Below are positions 58,744 to 64,000 of a stretch of 64,000 nucleotides of DNA, piece by piece. Every line of letters begins with the position of its first letter. Position 1 is the stretch's first letter. The notes beneath the pieces were generated by a model. It was not told the DNA's origin. It ran no database searches and saw nothing but the letters and a program-made list of their open reading frames with translations. The stretch is taken from sequence record SRR31156797_403; one strand, given 5' to 3'. Position numbers and translations under genes: made by a program.

Positions 58744-59445
58744 ATGAAGGATAAAAATATAGTAATTGTAGGAGCCAGCTCAGGCATTGGCCTTGGACTG
58801 GCAAAAACACTCTCAAGGGATAATACAATATTCGCATTTTCCAGGAATGAGGGTGAATTAAAGCAGTTATCTAATGTATATTTTAGAAAATTGGATATTA
58901 CAGATGATGAGGCCAGAATTGAAAACATGCCGGATGTAGTGGACGGTCTGGTTTACTGCCCGGGAACTATCAATCTTAAACCTTTCAGAAGAATTGCGGA
59001 GGATGATTTTATTGAGGATTTTAAAATCAATGTTACTGGTGCAGTAAAAGTAATTCAGCAGGCTTACCCGAAATTAAGAAAGTCACAGTCTTCTTCCATA
59101 GTTTTATTTAGCACAGTTGCTGTGCAAACAGGGATGAATTTTCACAGCAGTATTGCAGCATCCAAAGGAGCTATTGAAGGCCTGGTAAGATCGTTGGCTG
59201 CTGAGTTTGCACCCAAAGTCAGAGTAAATGCAGTAGCTCCGTCGCTTACAGACACGCCACTTGCAAAATCACTTTTGTCGACTGAAGCCAAGTGTGAAAA
59301 TTCCTCAAAAATGCATCCAATGCAACGCGTTGGAAAAATAGATGACCAGGTGAAAGCTGTTCTGTATTTATTGAGTGAGGATTCCTCCTGGATAACCGGA
59401 CAAATCCTTCCGGTGGACGGTGGACTGTCATCCATTAAAATGTAA
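58744..59445 (+). CDS. SDR-family oxidoreductase (atypical active site)
   Basis: GASSGIG, VYCPG, HSSIAASKG in place of YxxxK, RVNAVAP, ITGQILPVDGG. Confidence 0.9.
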   Translation: MKDKNIVIVGASSGIGLGLAKTLSRDNTIFAFSRNEGELKQLSNVYFRKLDITDDEARIENMPDVVDGLVYCPGTINLKPFRRIAEDDFIEDFKINVTGAVKVIQQAYPKLRKSQSSSIVLFSTVAVQTGMNFHSSIAASKGAIEGLVRSLAAEFAPKVRVNAVAPSLTDTPLAKSLLSTEAKCENSSKMHPMQRVGKIDDQVKAVLYLLSEDSSWITGQILPVDGGLSSIKM

Positions 59446-59468
59446 TATCCGCTTCTAATCCACATATC

Positions 59469-59897
59469 TCAGGCTCGCGGCTTTAAAAAGGTTGCGGGCC
59501 TTTTTTGTTTTTTGCTTTCATACCACGCTTTCCGGAGAATTGCATAAAATGGAATCCACCAAATCAGATCGTTGAAAACAATAACTATAATGGTCTCTAT
59601 AGGTAATGATCCCATAAGCAAATGATATGTAAAACCTATCGGTCCAAATATTTTTCCCAGGAAGCCCACCAGCACAATTGGCCAGTGTTTGTGAGGGTCT
59701 GTAGCTGCAATCAGATAACCAATACCATAAACACCCACAATCATTCCAACCGATTGCCAGATCATGGGGTAAATTGGCAATGGCAAATTTCCAAGTTTAA
59801 AAAGCAGGCCAGGGAAGAAAACCACAAAGCTTCCCCATAGCATATTATAAATTCCGGCTGCTACAAGCCAGCCGTTTAGGTTCTTGTATTTTATCAT
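59469..59897 (-). CDS. Conserved hypothetical four-TM membrane protein
   Basis: AAGIYNMLWG...IWQSVGMIVGVYG...HWPIVLVGFLGKIFGPIGF...NDLIWW. Confidence 0.75.
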   Translation of the reverse strand: MIKYKNLNGWLVAAGIYNMLWGSFVVFFPGLLFKLGNLPLPIYPMIWQSVGMIVGVYGIGYLIAATDPHKHWPIVLVGFLGKIFGPIGFTYHLLMGSLPIETIIVIVFNDLIWWIPFYAILRKAWYESKKQKRPATFLKPRA

Positions 59898-60355
59898 ATC
59901 AGCGATTCCTTTAACAGGAAGATTAAGATTAAACTTTTAGCTGTCCAGCCAAAGGTTCTGAAAAAGTTCAACCTGACTAATTTTTTGATCAGATCCGGGT
60001 TGTGATTTTTTCCAAGTTTGTGATGCAATGGTGCAAATACCAGCCATGTGGATAAAAACATCAGCACGCTGGGGGCAAAGGCCAGATAAAGCCAAATCCC
60101 AAAATTCGACACCAATTCAGTAAATAGCATTAGAATCGAAAATGTTAAATCAGCAACCATTACCGGGGCAACCAATGGTGTTATCCTTTTTTGATGATTC
60201 CGCTCATAGTTTTGGAAGTCGGAGCTGCCAATATCCAGAAATAGTGGATAGTGAACCAACTGGATTACCCAAATCAGGCCGGTCAGGAATACCGAAAAAA
60301 ACACGTTAATGATAAAGATGTGATCCGTTTGTGCTTGTATAAATTCGCTCATCAT
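59894..60355 (-). CDS. Conserved hypothetical membrane protein
   Basis: GLIWVIQLVHYPLF...H...P...HHKL...RTFGW; 4-nt overlap with the next gene. Confidence 0.75.
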   Translation of the reverse strand: MMSEFIQAQTDHIFIINVFFSVFLTGLIWVIQLVHYPLFLDIGSSDFQNYERNHQKRITPLVAPVMVADLTFSILMLFTELVSNFGIWLYLAFAPSVLMFLSTWLVFAPLHHKLGKNHNPDLIKKLVRLNFFRTFGWTAKSLILIFLLKESLI

Positions 60356-60382
60356 GATGCAATAACGAAATAACGCCCAATG

Positions 60383-60412
60383 TGTTTATTATTCATCATG
60401 AAAAGTTAAACA
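60383..60412. promoter_or_regulatory. Palindromic operator candidate TGTTTA-N18-TAAACA, copy 2
   Basis: TGTTTA at 60383-60388 and TAAACA at 60407-60412, same spacing as copy 1, 28 nt upstream of the 60355 start. Confidence 0.5.
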
Positions 60413-60532
60413 ATCTACTTCATCGCTTATTTTTAATCTTTTCAAATAAGGCTGTAGTTTTCTCAGCTTATTCAAAAATTGTAATTTTCGCAACAGGTTA
60501 AATTCAGATTATTCATCAAACCTTTAAACATT

Positions 60533-63500
60533 ATGAAAAAGTTATTTTTTACTATTCTCTCACTTTTTGCCTTTATGGCACTCTCCGCATCTGACGGATT
60601 TAAAGTCAATTACAGCGAACCCGATGCACAAACCATGCAATTGGAATTTGTGATTGAGAACTACCAGTCCGGTCCCGTAGTTATTGAAGGGACAACTTAC
60701 CAGCGCATAAGCACCAATTTTGCCCTACACATCCAAAAAGCCGGATGGGCAGAACTGCCCTACGTTACAGCTGCATTGCAGCTCGACGGCATGAAAAATT
60801 ATGATATCAAATTTATTGGTGGTGATTATATCGACCTCAAGTTCAATAATCCCTATCTACCTTCCCGTGGTGTGATCTACAGGGATCAGGATCCGTCTCA
60901 GATTCCTTATGAAATTGATCCGGCATCCATTGTGGATAGATTTTATCCGGGAAATGAGGCTGAAATGGTCGATCCATTTATCATCAAGGATGTACGTGGA
61001 ACAACAGTGATGGCATATCCTTTCCAGTACAATGCTGCCAAAAAAATGTTGCGTGTTTACCGGACCATGACCATTCAGTTGGTTGAGAATAATCAACCAA
61101 CTGTTAACCCGCTTTATTCTGGCCAGGATGTTCCGCTTCGCGAAATGATTGGTGTTTACAAAAGTGCATTCATTAACTATGATGCTCCTGACAATGTAAC
61201 AATTGCCGATAACGGTGAAATTCTTGTGATCACCACAGCCCGCGACGAAAGCGCCATTCAGCCTTATATCAATTGGAAAACCGAAAAAGGGTATGTGGTT
61301 CACAAAGAGGTTGTGGCAACAGGAACCAACGTGGACGGTCTCGTACAATCGAAGTATGATGCCAACAACAACATCTTATTTGTGCTCATGGTAGGCGACT
61401 GGGCCGATATTAAATGTGCCAACAGCGGAGGAACACCACAGGATCCTAAAACAGGTTGTGTTGTGGGAACCGATGATTATTTTGATATCTGTATCGGACG
61501 TTTGGCAGCCAACTCTGCTAATGATGTAGCCACACAGGTGAACAAGATTATCACTTACGAAAAGGAACCAGATATGGGTGAGTCATGGTATGAAGTTTCA
61601 ATGGGCGTTGCAAGCAACCAGGGCCCCGGTGATGACAATGAACTCGATTATGAACAGGTACAGGTAATTTTTGACGATAAACTTGACCCTTTCACTTATG
61701 ACGATCACAATGGCATTTATGATCCAACCGGAAACTCAGCAATGGTTACTGCAGCACTGGAGACGGGGACCGGCATCATCAATTATTGTGGCCACGGTTC
61801 TTCAACTTCCTGGGGAAGCACGGGATTTAGCAATTCGAATATTGCAAACCTCACCAACGGTACCAAGCTTCCGTTCATCTTTTCAGTTGCGTGTGTAAAC
61901 GGTGCTTATCATTCAACGTACTGTTTCGCTGAAGCCTGGATGAACCAACAAGGTGGTGGCGCTGTAGGTACCGTGATGTCAACCATCAACCAGCCCTGGG
62001 ATCCGCCCATGCGTGGCCAGGATTATTTTAACGATATGATCGTGGGTGGATATAATTATGATGAACACCCTGGCCAGAACGGTATTTCCACAACAGAAGG
62101 CAGCCATAGCTTTGGTTCGATTGTCTTTAACGGTCTTGTATTGATGATCACCGAATCACCCGGCGACCTGGAAACAGCAAACACATGGATCCTGTTTGGT
62201 GACCCGGCCATGCAGGTGCGTACAGCCACACCATCAAGCCTTACATACTCCAATAATGTGATGTTGGTAGGAACACCATTCGAGACCACAGTTTACAAAG
62301 ATGGCGCTCCGCTCGAAGGCGCTATGGTGGCCTTAACACAGGGTGGCGAAACGATGTCGGCGGTGTCTGATGCGTCAGGGTTTGTTTCCATTGCCAACGA
62401 ATTTCTGCCCGGAGATGTACAGCTTGTAATCACCGGCTTTAACTGCGAAACCATTTATGAAAATATCCAATGCATTCCGCCGACTGGGCCATATGTTATT
62501 TTCGACAGCTATGAACTGAACGATACTAACGGAAACAACAACGGAATCCTTGAATATTTTGATGGTGAGGTAACCCTGGATTTCAGCATGAAAAACGTGG
62601 GTGTAGAAAATTCTGTGGGTGTGGATGTAACGATTTCTTCCACCGATCCTTATATAACCATCACTGATAACACTGAAAACTTTGGCACCATCAATGCCGG
62701 TGAGTCTGTTGCCGTGGGCGATGCTTTTGCCTTTGAGGTAGCCGGCGATGTTCCTGAAGGCCACTCTATCGTCTTCAATGTGGTTGCCGATGCTGAGGAA
62801 ACCTGGGAAAGTGTTTGCTCAATCATGGCTTTTTCAGCGCTGCTCGAATATGATTCATTTGTGATTGACGATTCCAATGGAAACAACAATGGCATCCTCG
62901 ATCCCGGTGAAACTGCTGACCTGGTGGTTACGATAGCAAACAATGGTTCTGCCGATGCCTTCAATGTTTTTGGCAGCCTTGAAAGCCTCGACACCCATGT
63001 GATGGTAAATACTGCCGATCCACAGGAATTTGGGGACATTCTTGGAAATGAAGTCGGCACGGCTACTTTTAGTGTAACAGCCATATCAAGTATCCCGGGT
63101 GGATATATTGCTGATCTGACAGTGAACTTCACTGCCGACTATGATTTTGCAGGAGAAGCTACCTTTGGCCTGCTTTTCCCGGATTACTGTTATGGAGAGG
63201 CCAGTTGCACCTATGGCGATGGTATTACCGGTTTTGCCCTGGAAGAAATTGACAACATGGAAAATGGCTGTAGCGATGATAATGGTATAAACGGTTATGG
63301 CGATTTTCTGGATATGAGCACTACGCTCGATCCCGGCCAGACTTACACAGCATCTTTCACTACAGGATATTCAAGTCAGTATGCATGTTTGTGGATTGAT
63401 CTGGATGACGATAAAGAGTTTGAAGAATCTGAACGGCTGGTTACTGATCTGGATATGTCGAATTCAGGACAGATATATACAGCTGAATTAACCATACCAG

Positions 63501-64000
63501 AAGGTGCGCCAACCGGACAAAAACGAATGCGTGTCCGGGCGCAATGGCTCTATAGCGCTGTTGATCCCTGCGAGGATTGGAGCTATGGTGAAACGGAGGA
63601 TTACACCGTTTTTATTGGAGAACCTATGTACATGCCGCCACCTCAAAACCTTACAGCCCAGGTTTCAGGAAATGATGTTACGCTTTCGTGGGAAGAACCT
63701 GACATGCGACTTGAACTGATGGGTTACAACGTCTATCGGGATGGCGAAATGGTGGCATCGATGATGAATGAAACCACCATGACGGATGAAGACTGTCCTG
63801 ATGGAAGTTACTGGTACGCCATTTCAGCTGTTTATGCCGAAGGCGAATCCGGGCATTGCAGCCCCGTACAGGTAACTGTTGGTGGATTTGTCGGAAAAAT
63901 TCAGGGCTTTGTGCGTGATGCGCTCACCAACCAGGGCATTGACGATGCGTGGGTTTCAGCATTGAATACTGAATATGGTGCCGTAACTTACGAAACACCA
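60533..64000 (+). CDS. Gingipain R-like C25 cysteine peptidase, multidomain (3'-truncated by window; absent from the ORF track)
   Basis: MKKLFFTILSLFAFMALSA signal; propeptide (YPFQYN); catalytic NYCGHGS (His codon 61793) and LPFIFSVACVNG (Cys codon 61892); STINQPWDPPMRGQD; LFGDP; two GNNNGIL Ig-like repeats; GEVED-like YGETEDY; FN3 GYNVYRDG; frame open to the window end. Confidence 0.92.
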   Translation, partial: MKKLFFTILSLFAFMALSASDGFKVNYSEPDAQTMQLEFVIENYQSGPVVIEGTTYQRISTNFALHIQKAGWAELPYVTAALQLDGMKNYDIKFIGGDYIDLKFNNPYLPSRGVIYRDQDPSQIPYEIDPASIVDRFYPGNEAEMVDPFIIKDVRGTTVMAYPFQYNAAKKMLRVYRTMTIQLVENNQPTVNPLYSGQDVPLREMIGVYKSAFINYDAPDNVTIADNGEILVITTARDESAIQPYINWKTEKGYVVHKEVVATGTNVDGLVQSKYDANNNILFVLMVGDWADIKCANSGGTPQDPKTGCVVGTDDYFDICIGRLAANSANDVATQVNKIITYEKEPDMGESWYEVSMGVASNQGPGDDNELDYEQVQVIFDDKLDPFTYDDHNGIYDPTGNSAMVTAALETGTGIINYCGHGSSTSWGSTGFSNSNIANLTNGTKLPFIFSVACVNGAYHSTYCFAEAWMNQQGGGAVGTVMSTINQPWDPPMRGQDYFNDMIVGGYNYDEHPGQNGISTTEGSHSFGSIVFNGLVLMITESPGDLETANTWILFGDPAMQVRTATPSSLTYSNNVMLVGTPFETTVYKDGAPLEGAMVALTQGGETMSAVSDASGFVSIANEFLPGDVQLVITGFNCETIYENIQCIPPTGPYVIFDSYELNDTNGNNNGILEYFDGEVTLDFSMKNVGVENSVGVDVTISSTDPYITITDNTENFGTINAGESVAVGDAFAFEVAGDVPEGHSIVFNVVADAEETWESVCSIMAFSALLEYDSFVIDDSNGNNNGILDPGETADLVVTIANNGSADAFNVFGSLESLDTHVMVNTADPQEFGDILGNEVGTATFSVTAISSIPGGYIADLTVNFTADYDFAGEATFGLLFPDYCYGEASCTYGDGITGFALEEIDNMENGCSDDNGINGYGDFLDMSTTLDPGQTYTASFTTGYSSQYACLWIDLDDDKEFEESERLVTDLDMSNSGQIYTAELTIPEGAPTGQKRMRVRAQWLYSAVDPCEDWSYGETEDYTVFIGEPMYMPPPQNLTAQVSGNDVTLSWEEPDMRLELMGYNVYRDGEMVASMMNETTMTDEDCPDGSYWYAISAVYAEGESGHCSPVQVTVGGFVGKIQGFVRDALTNQGIDDAWVSALNTEYGAVTYETP

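Noticed and set aside
60857-63719. Short ORFs listed in the last 3.5 kb
   Set aside because: All overlap the unlisted C25 peptidase frame starting at 60533
1-64000. CRISPR array, tRNA, rRNA, IS element, prophage, riboswitch
   Set aside because: I saw no regularly spaced repeats, cloverleaf or rRNA signatures, transposase or phage genes by eye, and intergenic gaps are short; an Rfam/tRNAscan run would be needed to exclude small RNAs

Overview
This is a gene-dense chromosomal segment of a Bacteroidota bacterium, probably an anaerobic Bacteroidales. The assignment rests on three complete T9SS C-terminal domains, recurrent TAnnTTTG -7 promoter boxes, AT-rich translation starts, and a [FeFe]-hydrogenase-like gene. 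It holds about 55 CDS. Housekeeping genes include fldA, ilvE, folP, cdaA, def, ruvX, dapD, tsaC, slyD, pyrF and a fused 2-oxoacid dehydrogenase E1. Secreted proteins include a YVTN beta-propeller, a GH31-Ig-PA14 glucosidase next to a SusR-like regulator, and a gingipain R-like C25 peptidase missing from the ORF track (60533 to window end). Signalling genes include a 10.5 kb four-gene PocR/PAS/GAF phosphorelay and a LytS/LytTR pair, and there is one PIN toxin-antitoxin pair. Most notable: (i) a DRTGG / Ser-kinase / atypical H-cluster protein / DRTGG / PHP operon with no catalytic hydrogenase beside it and two Rex-like boxes upstream; (ii) a second, DnaE2-like polymerase followed by a stand-alone XPF/ERCC4 nuclease, with palindromic boxes upstream; (iii) an identical TGTTTA-N18-TAAACA palindrome upstream of two convergent units near 58.5-60.4 kb, plus an unannotated 52-aa ORF; (iv) three pseudogene remnants. 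I saw no rRNA, tRNA, CRISPR array or transposase. All family calls come from reading motifs by eye, with no database search.
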